DNA of 64,000 bases from Mobula hypostoma (lineage: Eukaryota). This document shows, piece after piece, positions 35,490-47,789 of this stretch. The notes under the pieces are model-generated. The model ran no database searches. It saw only the letters and a list, made by a program, of their open reading frames with translations, and was not told where the DNA came from. How positions within the stretch are numbered: the first letter of the stretch is position 1; each line of letters starts with the position of its first letter. Made by a program: the position numbers and the translations under genes. The DNA lies in contig NC_086109.1 of assembly GCF_963921235.1 (NCBI RefSeq), forward strand, positions 34,784,001 to 34,848,000, written 5' to 3'.

Positions 35490-36815
35490 GTCTTCAAGCT
35501 CTTGCTTCAGCTTTCTGAGGTACCCACCTGCTTCAAGCAGACTTCAATTATACCAGTGCCTAAGAAGAATGTGATAACTTGCCTCAATGCTTATCATCTA
35601 GTAGCACTTACATCCACTCTGATGAATGACCTTGAGAGGTTGATGATGAAACATATCACCTCCTACCTGAGAAACAACTTGGATCTGCTCCAATTTACCT
35701 GCCATCACAGCAGGTCAACAGCAGATGCCATTTCATTGGCTCTTCGTTCAATCCTTCAATAACCTGGACAGTGAAGATGCACACATCAGGATGTTCTTGA
35801 ATGGCTACGGCTCGGCATTCTGTACTATCATCCCTCAAAAATAATCAATAAGCTCCAAGACCTAGAACTCATACCTGCTTCTGAAGCTGGTCCCCAATTT
35901 CATCATTTACATTTCTCAGTCAGTTCGAATTGGCAGCAACACCTCCTCCACAATCACCATCAGCACAGGTGCACCACAAGGCTATATCCTTAGCCCCCTG
36001 CTTTACTTGCCTTATACTTATGACTGTTAAGCTCTAATGCCATATTTAAGTTTGCTAATGACACCACTGTCATAGGCCAAATCAAATGTCTAATTAATCA
36101 GCATATAGAACTGAGATTGGAAATCTGGCTGTATGGCACCAACAACAACCTCTCACTCAATGGCAGCAAGACTATGGAGCTGATTATTGGCGGCAGGAGA
36201 CAAAATTTGAGGTCATGAACCAGTTCTCATCAGGAGATCGGAGAGGGTCAGCAACTTTAAATTCCTCGGTGTTACCATTTCAGAGAATCTGTCCTAGGTT
36301 TAGCAAGTAAGTGCCATTACAAAGAAAGCATGGCAGCACCTCTACTTTCTTAGGTGTTTGCGAAGATTTGGCATGTCATCTAAAACTTTATCAAGCTTCT
36401 ATAGATATACGGTGGAGAAATATTGACTGCTTGCATCATGGCCTAGTAAGGAAATAGAAAAGCCTACAAAAAGCAGTGGATATAGCTCAGGCCATCATGG
36501 GTAAAGCCCTTCCCGCCATTGAGTACATCCATATGGAGCGTTGTCACAGGAAAGCAGCATCCATCATCAAGGACCTCCACCATACAAGCCATGCTCTCGT
36601 TTCCCTATTGCCATCAGGAAGGAGGTACAGGAGCCTCAGGGTCCACACTACCAGGTTCAGGAACAGTTATTACCCTCAACCATCAGGCTCTTGAACCAGC
36701 GGGGATAACTTCACTCATCTCAACACTGAAGTGTTCTCCAACCTATAGATTCACTTTCAATGGCTCTTCATCTCCTGTACTCAATATTTATCGCTTATTT
36801 AGATATTATTTATTT
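35490..36815 (+). mobile_element. Old Rex-Babar-type LINE RT and 3' end
   Basis: PTCFKQTSIIPVPKK, LVALTS, GAPQG.ILSP and LLPSGRRYRS..TTRFRNSYYPQ motifs. Confidence 0.85.
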
Positions 36816-37300
36816 ATTTGCAGCTTGTTGTCTTTAGCACCCTATTTTGCCCCTTTATTAGGGAGAGAGACAGCCTGTGGCATGTCGAACTGTGGGGTGA
36901 ATGATTAGTTTTTGTTGTACTGTAGATTATGGTCTCTCTTGGGTCTTTGCTATTGCTTGCTTGGTGGGTTGTGGGTGCTGATGCTTTTTGCTGGAGTAAG
37001 AGGGGGAGAAGGATTGTCAATGCTTGCTGCTGGTTATGCATGGAGGGGGAGCGGGGCGTTTTGGGGTTCTAACATTTTTATTGTCACTTGTTCTTTGGGG
37101 TATGCTTCTGTTTTTGTGGATGTCTGTGAAGAGCAAGAATTTCAGGTTGTATTGTGTTAGATGGAAATACTGAGCTATTGAACTGTTCGTCCATCCTGTT
37201 GTGTGCGGTTTTGATTCAATTGTTTTTCTTTTTATTTACTGTGAGTGCTGCCGTTTTATCCAGTGACATATATGCACTTTGATATTAATTTAACCTTTAA
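36816..37300 (+). repeat. Unclassified LINE-tail or SINE-like interspersed repeat
   Basis: T/G-rich body ending in AAGAATTTCAGGTTGTA, like the reverse of 57310-57450. Confidence 0.45.
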
Positions 37301-37409
37301 TTTTGATCATGAGCAACACACACTAAATTTTGGAGGAACTCAGCAGGTCAGGCAGATCTGTGGAAGGGAATAAGAAGCCAATATTTTGGGACAAGAGCCT
37401 TGGTGCCTG

Positions 37410-37852
37410 GATTAAAGGACATGTGTTATAAGGAGAGATTGGACAAAAACTTGAGTTGTTTTCATTGGGGTGGTGGAGGCTGAGGATAGCTTTGTAGTGG
37501 ATCATTAGTTTATAAGAGGCATAAAAAGTGTGTATAGCCAGAATTTTTTTTCCTAGGGATGAAATGTCTGATAACAGATAGTATGCATATTAAGGTAAAA
37601 GGGAGTAAATTGAAAGGAGATGTGCCGGACATGTTTCTTTTACACAGGGAGTGTTAGGTGCCATGCATGCACTGCCCTGGGTGTTATAGAGGCGATTGCA
37701 GTAGAGGTGTTTACGAGGCTCTGGGATAGGCATGTGAATGTGCAAAAAATGGAGGAACAGGCAGAAGGAATTAGTTTAGTTAGGCATTCAATTTCTATTT
37801 TAATTAGTTTGGTACAACATTGTTGTCTGTTTCTGCGTTTGTACTGTTCTAT
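37410..37852 (+). mobile_element. Degenerate CR1 3' fragment, preceded by a PLE end at 37312-37400
   Basis: YKERLDK.LELFSL-like segment; ends TGTACTGTTCTATG. Confidence 0.65.
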
Positions 37853-38677
37853 GATCAATTTATGTAATCGCTTACAAACTTCTGATTGCAATATCTGAGC
37901 CAACTTGGTCAGCTGTACTTGCCCTGCTCTGCTTTCTCTGGACGTATTTCATTCTATTGGACATCCAATGTTCTTAGCCTGGCTTTGGTTAGCTCTACAG
38001 CCACATCATTCTTCTGGTGTTAATCCTGTTTCTTGCATTAGCTGTTCCCTCGGGCTGAAGTCCCAGAATCCACAAGTAGTTCAATCTTTGAGTAAGTCCT
38101 TCAAAACTGAAACCACAGATACTATATATCATAGCTCTATTAAGAGAATTTCAAGGGATTCTCTCTGCCTGTCTTTTGAGAACTGCTAACACAGTTATGT
38201 AGCTTGGTTGAATTGCATCCAGTGCATTATCCGGGTTCTGATCTGAGGGCTTTATGATATGTATGATATAATTCTTATAACTTATGATCAGTGACTCACA
38301 ATAACATCTTAATGTTAATCTTTCTGGTTTATCGGCCAAAGTCAGTTCAATATCAGGGGTAAACTCTTGTCTTAATTACTTAGACAGATTATTTTCTTAT
38401 GTGGTTTATTTTTCTATTATGCACTGTCTCAATTGGTTCATTCAATTTGGAGGGATAGTATTTGGCATTTAGTGTTCTGATTAAGACTGGAGGTCCAAAC
38501 ATTAGTACTTTTGACATTGGTCATTATATTCTTCTCTTTTGTTTACTATTGTATTGAAGGTTAGCCTTCAGTAAATTAAAGCGAAGAATACAGTACTTTT
38601 ATTTATAAAAGAGCATGCAGAGAGAAGGATGTATTTTCAGAGTGATAACTCCCCCAGTGGCAGACAACTCCTTCAGG

Positions 38678-39305
38678 ATCAGAATCTTGTTTAATATCAC
38701 TGGCATCTGTCATGGAATTTGTTGTCTTTGTGGCAGAAATACAATTCAAAATTGTTAAATTAAATAAGTGGTGTGAAAATAGAAATAAAGTAGTGAGGTA
38801 GTGTTCATGGGTTCAATGTCCATTCAGAAATCTGATGGCAGGGGGGAAGAAGATGTTCCTGAATCATTGAGTGTGTGCCTTTAGGCTTCTGTACCTCCTT
38901 CCTAATGGTAGCAATGAGAAGAAGGCAAGACTTGAGTGATGAGCTCCTGAATGATGGATGCTGCCTCGTTGAGGCATTGCTCCTTGAAGATGTCCTGGAT
39001 ACTATGGAGGCCAGTGCCCATGACGGAGCTGACTGAGTTCATAACTCTGCAGCTAATTTCAATCCTGTTCAGATAACGCACCCCCCCCCAACCCCCCATA
39101 TCAGACGATGATGCCAGTTAAAATGCTCTCCATGTACCTCTATGGAAATTTACGAGTGCCTTTGGTAACATACGAAATCTCCTCAAACTCTTAAAGAAAT
39201 ATAGGTGATGTCATGCCTTCTTTGTAGCTGCATTGATATGTTGGGTTCAGGATACACTCTTAGAAATAGACACGCAGGAACTTGAAGTTGTTCACTGGTT
39301 CCACT
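38678..39305 (-). mobile_element. Rex-Babar/L2-type LINE 3' fragment
   Basis: SVMGTGLHSIQDIFKEQCLNEAASII; (TTCTGA)-like tail. Confidence 0.75.
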
Positions 39306-39424
39306 CTTTCCTGGGACAGACTGACACTCTGGCAGGCTTATTACCGAAGATTGCCACTAATTTCATGGTACAATCTTATTGAAAGGGTACTAACCAATAT
39401 TGAATACATTTCACTTTCAAGCTT

Positions 39425-41170
39425 CATAGTCATAGTCATAATTTATTGATCCCGGGGGAAATTGATTTTCGTTACAGTTGCATCATAAATAATAAATAGT
39501 AATAAAACCATAAATAGTTAAATAGTAATATGTAAATTATGCCAGTAAATTATGAAATAAGTCCAGGACCAGCCTATCGGCTCAGGGTGTCTGACCCTCC
39601 AGGGGAGGAGTTGTAAAGTTTGATGGCCACAGGCAGGAATGGCTTCCTATGACGCTCTGTGCTGCATCTCGGTGGGATGAGTCTCTGGCTGAATGTACTC
39701 CTGTGCCCGCCCAGTACATTATGTAGTGGATGGGAGATATTGACCAAGATGGTATGCAACTTAGACAGCATCCTCTTTTCAGACACCACTGTGAGAGAGT
39801 CCAGTTCCATCCCTACAACATCACTGGCCTTACGAATGAGTTTGTTGATTCTGTTGGTGTCTGCTACCCTCAGCCTGCTGCCCCAGCACACAACAGCAAA
39901 CATGATCGCACTGGCCACCACAGACTCGTAGAACATCCTCAGCATCATCCGGCAGATGTTAAAGGACCTCAGTCTCCTCAGGAAATAGAGACAGCTCTGA
40001 CCCTTCTTGTAGACAGCCTCAGTATTCTTAGACCAGTCCAGTTTATTGTCAATTGGTATCCCCAGGTATTTGTAATCCTCCACCATGTCCACACTGACCC
40101 CCTGGATGGAAACAGTGGTCACCGGTACCTTAGCTCTCCTCAGGTCTACCACCAACTCCTTATTCTTTTTCACATTAAGCTGCAGATAATTCTGATCACA
40201 CCATGTTGCAAAGTTTCCTACCGTAGCCCTGTACTCAACCTCATCTCCCTTGCTGATGCATCCAACTATGGCAGAGTCATCTGAAAACTTCTGAAGATGA
40301 CAAGACTCTGTGCAGTAATTGAAGTCCGAGGTGTAAATGGTGAAGAGAAAGGGAGATAAGATAGTCCCCTGTGGAGCCCCAGTGCTGCTGATCGCTCTGT
40401 CGGACACACAGTGTTGCAAGCACACGAACTGTGGTCTGCCAGTCAGGTAATCAAGAATCCATGATACTAGGGAAACATCCACCTGCATCGCTGTCAGCTT
40501 CTCCCCCAGCAGAGCAGGGCGCATGGTGTTGAACGCACTGGAGAAGTCAAAAAACATGACTCTCACAGTGCTCGCTGGCTTGTCCAGGTGGGCGTAGACA
40601 GGGTTCAGCAGGTAGACGAATGCATCCTCGACTCCTAGTCGGGGCTGGTAGGTGAACTGGAGGGGATCTAAGTGTGGCCTGACCATAGGCCGGAGCAGCT
40701 CCAGAACAAGTCTCTCCAGGGTCTTCATGACGTGGGAGGTCAATGCCACCTGTCTATAGTCATTGAGGCCACTGGGGTCCAGCGTCTCTGGCACAGGGAC
40801 GAGGCAGGACGTCTTCCACAGTACAGGAACCCTCTGGAGCCTCAGGCTCATGTTGAATACATGGCGAAGTACTCCACATAGCTGAGGGGCACAGGCTTTG
40901 AGCACCCTGGTACTGACACCATCCGGTCCTGCAGCCTTGCTTGGGTTGAGACGTTTCAGCTGTCTTCTCACCTGTTCAGCCGTGAAGCCCACTGTGGTGG
41001 TTTCGTGTGGGGAAGGGGTATAGTCATGAGAGCAGAGTGGGGGACTGTGAGGAGGGGTAGAAGGGGAGAGTGGAATATGTGTTGGTTGGGGGCCGACAAC
41101 AGATGGCTCATGTGGGGGATGGGCAGGGGTCACAATGTCAAATCTGTTAAAGAACAGGTTAAGTTCGTTG
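39425..41170 (-). mobile_element. 5'-truncated Rex1/Babar LINE with uninterrupted RT frame
   Basis: ORF 39574-41211 is open through the whole RT; near-identical to 3730-5483; (ATGACT)n tail. Confidence 0.95.
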
Positions 41171-41299
41171 ATAAATGTATCACTTGAAGATACATTTAAT
41201 ATTTGAAACATATGGTGAACAAGAGCTATTGAATTATGAAGAATTGCAATTGAAGCTAAGCAGTAAAACTGTTAGAAACATCCCCTGTCCTGGGAATAT

Positions 41300-41690
41300 T
41301 TTTATTTATTTTATTTTATTTTTATTGAGATGCAGCATGAAATGGGCTCTTCCAGCCTTTCGAGTCATGCTGCCCAGCAATCCCTGATTTAATCCTAGCC
41401 TAATCACAGGACAATTTCCAGTGACCAATTAACCTACAAACCGGTACATCTTTGGATTGTGGCAGGTACAGGGTTCCGAGTTGTATAATCAGCCATGATC
41501 ATACTGAATGGCGGTGCAGGCTCGAAGGGCTGAATGGCCTACTCCTGCACCTATTTTCTATGTTTCTATGAGTAAACCAGATCACCCAGAGGAAACCTAC
41601 ACAGTCATGGGGAGAAAGCACAGGTAGTGGCGGTGGGAATTGAACCCGGGTCGCCTGTACTGTAAGTCATTGTGCTTGGCACCATGCTAA
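41300..41690 (-). mobile_element. tRNA-derived SINE interrupted by a CR1 3' end
   Basis: Box B-like GGTTCAATTCC on the minus strand at ~41640; (TAAA)n-like tail. Confidence 0.8.
41466..41570 (+). mobile_element. ~105 bp CR1 subfamily B 3' terminus
   Basis: Matches 61536-61640 and ends in (TTTCTATG)2. Confidence 0.9.
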
Positions 41691-43077
41691 CATTTCAGTG
41701 TGAGGGGAAGGCTATTGATGAGAGATCTAAGATGCTTGAGCTATAGACATTCCTTATGGATTTCATGCTTTGATGTGCTGGTGTTGCCAATGCTGACCTT
41801 CGCCAGCCACACCCATCTTACATCATGTGTCAAGTTTTTCTCTAGCTATTGCAGTCTTGTTCCTATGGCCTTTATCTACATTTAACTGAGCTTACTTATA
41901 TTGTCCTCAACTGTGTGCCACCTTGACCCTGAGTACAGCTACTTCCACCTCTTTGCCACTCAGCTTTATATTTCCAGTTGAGATTTGGATCCTGACCCAA
42001 TGTATGTTATTAGAGAACATGCTTTGTGAGATGCTGAATTAACACCTTGCACCACTTAACTGATGGAACAACATGAAGGGATTGTAACTGATCTGTGAAT
42101 ATGCCATTTTGGCACAGTCTTCCAGTTGTCAGGTAGACGCAAGAGCTGAACGTGTACAGGGTCGGGGGACAAAGAAGCACTGTTGCATTGATTTTCAACA
42201 CCACTTTTGGGATGCCAGGGCTAAAAATCTTTGTTATCCCCACTGAACTGAGTCACCTTTGAACTATGAGCAGCAAAGCAAGTCACTGGTGCATTTCCAG
42301 TTCTGGAGGCCTTTAGGAGACTTGTCAATGTAACAAGATCTTCCCTGGAACTTTCAAGCCAGAAGTTAATGCTAAACCACATGGGTAGGCGCTTGGTCAG
42401 ATTTCCAAATACATAAGCAGAGAGGTAGGTTTCTCTTCCCTGTTTTGGACAAACATATGTACAGACTTCAATCTCGTCTCCTGAAATCTTATGTTAAGCC
42501 GGAAGATTATTATTTATTGTAATGTTCAGGCCGTTTCTTGCTCTTGTTCAATGCCTTGTTGCCTATCGACTCCCAAAAAACAAAATATTGGGGGTGCAGA
42601 TCTTTGCTTTAATCGATTGGTTGTGGCGTACTTTTGGCATTTAATATGCATAAAGCCCTTTGCTGTTACTTCATTCTAATGGATGCCTGGTATTTTCACA
42701 GACACACTTTTTAATATCGTACATTTTGTATGTATTGATGTAACCCACTGATGCTCATTAATGTACTGGAGTTTGTGTTCTTGTCCACTGTTGCTATCCA
42801 AACCAATATTCAGATTTGAATACTATACTGGATTTTCTGCCCTTGGATTTCTGATTCAAATGGCCTTGTTCTACTAACTCCTCCCTACTTTATTTTAAAC
42901 AACTTGGTCTGTTAAATTGGGAACATAAAAGTCCAAATAAAATCTTCAATTCACCATCATACAACAAATCTGATCATTCTTTTAGCTTGTTAATGCTCCA
43001 TTGAAATGATTCCTTCACGGTTAACAATTAACACATCCAAGGCTGTGCTGAGGGAAGCCCTTGAGTATCGCCATATA

Positions 43078-43441
43078 CAGACATCCCACCCTGCAAAAAC
43101 TCATTTCAGGGAGGTAGCACCATCAATTTAGGGATACTCCCGGAACTTCTGGGAGAGGTGGGATGTCTGCAATAGAGTACCTCCTTAGCAGCTAGCCGGC
43201 TAGTTTAAATAACGTTAGCTATGCTAATGAACGAATGATAACTGTTAAACTCACCTCAACATGTCTTTTTCAGTCTTAACCCACCACGGGCAATAGAGAA
43301 GTCGCTGTTGCAAACAGTGCAGCGAGCAACACTGTCATTATTTTTGACCCCATTTAGGCAGGGGTACACTTTAGGGTAGTCTGGGGTGACATACGTTTTA
43401 CATTTTCTTTCTTTTGGAGCACTCTGCCATGGCGCACTCTC

Positions 43442-43477
<36 letters not shown>

Positions 43478-43719
43478 TCTTTCACGCTCGCTCTATCTCT
43501 CTCGCGCTCTCTCTCACACTCTCACACTCTCTCTCATGCTCGCTCTCTCTCACACTCTGTTGCTCTCTCTCTCTCTCTCTCTCTCTCACGCTCTCTCTCT
43601 CGCTCGCTCACTCTCAAAAAAATTGATTTCCGTGATATTGTATGTAATTTGCGGACATCAGGGAGCCACTATTAATATGCGGGAGACTCCTGGAACTTCC
43701 GGGAGAGCTGGGATGTCTG
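43078..43719 (-). mobile_element. Non-autonomous hAT element (copy 1) with 6-bp TSD CATATA
   Basis: Termini CAGACATCCCA.../...TGGGATGTCTG; BED zinc-finger exon 43430-43255; internal (CT)n. Confidence 0.85.
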
Positions 43720-43725
43720 CATATA

Positions 43726-44520
43726 TTCCAGCACCAGATTAGCATGTCCACAATGTTCAACACAACAACAGCAACTCAAGCAGTAACAATAACAGAAGCA
43801 ACAGAAAAATAAGGTCATTTCCCACCCTCCGTTCCCAGGGACGACTGCCTCCGGACCTCCAGTCATTGGTCCCGGACTCTGAAACTTGCAGTCGTTAGAC
43901 CTCCAGGCTCAGCCTCTGGCCCAGACTCCGTGACTGCAGAGACTGGGCATCCGACATCCAGTCCCTAGCTGAGGCTCAACCTTTACCTATGGCCTCAATC
44001 TCACTGATTTCAGTCTTCAAACTTTTGGACATTTTATCTCCAGACTTGCTGAGATCTAGACTTTCAATCTTCAGCTTTGCCCTCTAGACTCACCAGTCAA
44101 GGGTTTGACCTTTGGGTCCTGATTGACCTGACTTCGGGAATCATTGACTTTGACCGCGCAGTACTTCGAGCCTCGACTTTCGGATTGCCATGGGCCTCTG
44201 ATCTTGGTAGCCAGGTGAGGGTCCCATTTGAACCTCCGACTTGGGATTTGACATCCTGAAGATTGCTGGTTTCCTTAGCACTTGTCAACGCGTGGTGTTC
44301 CAATCTGGACTCCAAACACAGGCTCCTTGACTCTTCATTCTTCTTTATCGTAGTGTCTAAACCTAACTTGACCAGCGCAGTCTTCCAAACCGCCCTTACA
44401 AATCTTTAAAAAAGCAACAAAGTTTGAACAATGACATCAACAGACATCACAGCTCAGTACCAACTTGACCTGGACACAGGCTTCTGCCCCTGACTCTTCA
44501 TTTCCTGCCCCTGACCTCTA
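43726..44520 (-). repeat. Unclassified interspersed repeat related to 55975-56408
   Basis: 43726-43880 resembles the reverse complement of ~56130-56290. Confidence 0.45.
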
Positions 44521-44859
44521 AGTCTCTGCTTGAATTTAATCAACTTCCACTTTAAACAACTTAAGAACAAAGAAAAGGAAATAAAATCTTCAGTTGTCAA
44601 TTACATAACAGATCTGATTATTCTTTCAGTTTAATAATGCTCTGTTGAAATGATTCCTTAACTGTACTTTGGGGAATGATTTTTCAAATCTGACAGTGGT
44701 GCAGGCTCCCTGAATAGCTCCCTGAATTCAAGTTTTACAATTAATATCAGGACCCAGCTCAAAAACTTCAAGGCTGTTTTATTTCTCCTGCCACCATGGC
44801 GATGTAGAATTAATCTGAATGTTTATTACCACCTTTCCTACCTTTCCTATCCACTAGTA

Positions 44860-45905
44860 TTGATAGGGGAACATAAAACGCATGGAGTGAACAGAAACCA
44901 ATCCTCACAGAGGGATCAGAAGTGGAGAGATGTTCCTGGGTGTCAAATCTCTGAGAATTTAACCTGTCCCCAACATATTTCGTACAGCTATAAAGAAGGC
45001 AAAATAGCAGCCATGTTTCATTAGGAGTTTGAGGAGATTTGGTTTGTCGACTAAAACACTCAAACTTCTACAAACATACCATGGAGAACTGCATCAACAC
45101 CTGGTATTGGGGAGAGGGGAGCTTCTGCACAAGATCAAAATAAGCTGCAGAAACTTGTAAAATTAGTCAGCTCCTTGTGTTGGCGCGTGGCCAAGTGGTT
45201 AAGGCATTCGTCTAGTGATTTGAAGGTCGCTAGTTCGAGCCTTGGCTGAGGCAGCGTGTGTGTCCTTGAGCAAGGCACTTAACCACACATTGCTCTTCAA
45301 CGACACCGGTGCCAAGCTGTATAGGTCCTAATGCCCTTCCCTTGGACGACGTCGGTGGCGTGGAGAGGGGAGACTTGCAGCATGGGCAACTGCTGGTCTT
45401 CCATACAACCTTGCCCAGGCCTGTGCCCTGGAAACCTTCCAAGGCGCAAATCCATGGTCTCATGAGACTAACGGGTGCCTATATATTCAGATCCTTCATG
45501 GGTACCAGCCTCCGTAGTATCTAAGACATCTTCAAGGAGTGGTGCCTTAGGAAAGCGCCATCCATCATCAAGGATCCCCACCACCCAGGACATGCTCTCT
45601 TCACACTGTTACAGTCGGGAAGGAGGTACAGAAACCTAAAGGCACACACTCAACGATTCAGGAACAACTTCTTCCCCTCTGCCATTCGATTTCTCAATGG
45701 ATGTTGAACCCATGAAAACTACCTCACTATTTTTTATTTCTGTTATTTTGTTCTGCTTATTTTAACTTTACTATGTAATAGGCATATATATACTTAATGG
45801 AACTCAGTATTTTCTCTATATTTATTTATCATGAATTTCATTGCACTGCTGCCATAAAGTTAACTACTTTCATGACATGTGCTGGTGATATTAAATCTGA
45901 TTCTG
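44860..45905 (+). mobile_element. Rex-Babar/L2-type LINE 3' part, split by a SINE
   Basis: FIRSLRRFG, DIFKEWCLRKA.SIIKDPHHP and SGRRYRNL motifs; tail ATTAAATCTGATTCTGA. Confidence 0.85.
45177..45486 (+). mobile_element. Young tRNA-derived SINE with CORE-like domain and 10-bp TSD
   Basis: Box A TGGCCAAGTGG, box B GTTCGAGCC, TGTGTCCTTGAGCAAGGCACTTAACC; flanks TCAGCTCCTT/TCAGATCCTT. Confidence 0.85.
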
Positions 45906-46224
45906 ATATAGACATACAATTAAAATTAAATATTGCAGTAGCAGACAGGTATTTAAATGCCATTCATAATAACAGATGACACCACTCCTAAGTCTGAACA
46001 ATCAAATGGGTATGGAGGTGCTGTAGAAACCTCTTTCAGTTACAAGCATTCTGAACTTTGGCAATATTGACTGGCAGACTTAAAGTGAGAAAATGAAGTC
46101 ACCCATTAATTGTACAACAATCTTATTACAGTGACTGCCATCACCAACTTTATTCAGTTCTTGCAACTATATAAAAAGGTAAATACTTACCTGTGATCAA
46201 CATAGGATGATCTTGAGACTGCCC

Positions 46225-46433
46225 GAAAGGAGTTTGTACATTCTCACTGTGACCATGTGGGTTTCCTCTGGGTACTCTGGTTTCCTCCCACAGTCCAAAG
46301 ATGTGCAATTGGTAGGTTAATTAGTCATTATAAATTGCCCCATGATTAGACTAGGGTTAAATTGGGGGTTGCTGGGCAACCTGGCTCAAAGGTGCTGGAA
46401 GGACTTACTCCACACTGTATCTCAATAAAAAAA
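46225..46433 (+). mobile_element. SINE body and 3' end
   Basis: GGGTTTCCTCTGGGTACTCTGGTTTCCTCCCACAGTCCAAAGA; A-rich tail. Confidence 0.75.
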
Positions 46434-46514
46434 ATCTTTAAGCCGTACATCTGTTAAAACTAACATCTAGGTTTTGATGTCTTGGAGAAATAATCCAAAC
46501 TTGGGAGATATATG

Positions 46515-46708
46515 AATACAAGAGATACTGCAGATGTTGTAAATCTTGACTAATACTCACAAAACTAGAGGAACTTGGCAAGTGCAACAGCATCTATGGA
46601 GAGGAAAAAAACTGTCAACATTTCATTCTCAGTCTGAAATCTCAACTGTTTATTCCCTCCATAGATGTTGTCTGACCTGTTGAGTTCCACCAGCATTTTG
46701 TGTGTATT
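46515..46708. repeat. PLE 3'-end palindrome
   Basis: CAGCATCTATGGAG...CTCCATAGATGTTG inverted arms, centre ~46628. Confidence 0.75.
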
Positions 46709-46884
46709 CGACTCTTGTTAGTTCAAGCAAGTCATTTTCAGCCTTTGACCAAAGGCTTCTGGCTGCAGGTAAGAGTTGCTTGTGAACTTTATAGTGGATG
46801 AGATTATTCCAAGTTCCATCTTGGAACTGCCCTGATTTTTTTTTTATTTTGCAATGCATAAAAGTGATCTGTATTGAAATGATA

Positions 46885-47072
46885 CAACAAGAGGTTCTGC
46901 AGGTGTTGGAAATCTTGAACAACTCACACAAAATACTGGAGGAACTCAGAAAGTCAGGCAGCATCTATGGAGGGAATACACAGTTTCATGTTTCAGCCTG
47001 AAACATTAAATGTTTATCCCCCTTTATGGATGTGTCTGGCTTCCTGAGTTCCTCCAGCATTCTGTGAGTTTG
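46885..47072. repeat. PLE 3'-end palindrome
   Basis: Centre ATGTTTCAG-C-CTGAAACAT; arms CTGGAGGAACTCAG/CTGAGTTCCTCCAG. Confidence 0.8.
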
Positions 47073-47789
47073 TCTTGAACTATTGGTAGCTTGGCAGTGT
47101 TTTCCTGATCTTTTCTAACATGAGTTGCCCTCCCACTGGATAAGAGCTGTGCTTGACTAAGTGTACCAGTATCAATAATGAAAGAGTTGAGGCTCCTTTG
47201 GGTCATGTTTGAAAAATTATGTCATTCAACCTTGCCCACAGACAAGATTTGTGTATGTTTCTCCTGTTAGCTGAGTGTCCTCAGTGTTAATGTTGATAGG
47301 TCAAGTCACCTGCCTATACTTTAGCTCGGTAGATGGGGATTTGACTAGTAACATGACTTGCACACATAGTAATTTTATCATTGACCTGGACAGCATTTCT
47401 TTCAATTGTACATTGTGCTATGTCACTTGATATTATTTGACAGGTCATTCCAGTTGCACATAGCAAGGACTGAAGTCTGCATGACTGTGCCCTGAAGTCC
47501 TTATCTGCTTCTGCTCTCCTGCGTGTACTTTGAACATGTGCTTTTGTTTCCTTGGTTACATATTCACCCAGGACATGCCTCCTTCTCATTGCTCATTAAG
47601 GAGGTAATATTTCTCATTGTATTTTATTGGTTTTTATTAAGTATTGCAATGCACTGCTGCTGCAAAACAACACATTTCACAACATACTGTGTGCCAGTGA
47701 TATTAAACTGATACTGATTCTGCGAATCCTCACCTTCCATGTTAATTTTGAATGCAGTCAAGCTTCCCCTGAATGATGAGGAAGATTTA

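Noticed and set aside
41171..41211. ATG start making the 545 aa ORF a real gene
   Set aside because: Start comes from flank upstream of a truncated LINE; no endonuclease domain and no evidence of domestication
43386..43742. Ser/Leu-rich or His/Thr-rich ORFs here and at 13274-13603, 53842-54295 and 54914-55390
   Set aside because: Produced by microsatellites
45180..45250. tRNA gene
   Set aside because: Has A and B boxes but continues into a SINE body with a TSD; no convincing acceptor stem or terminator
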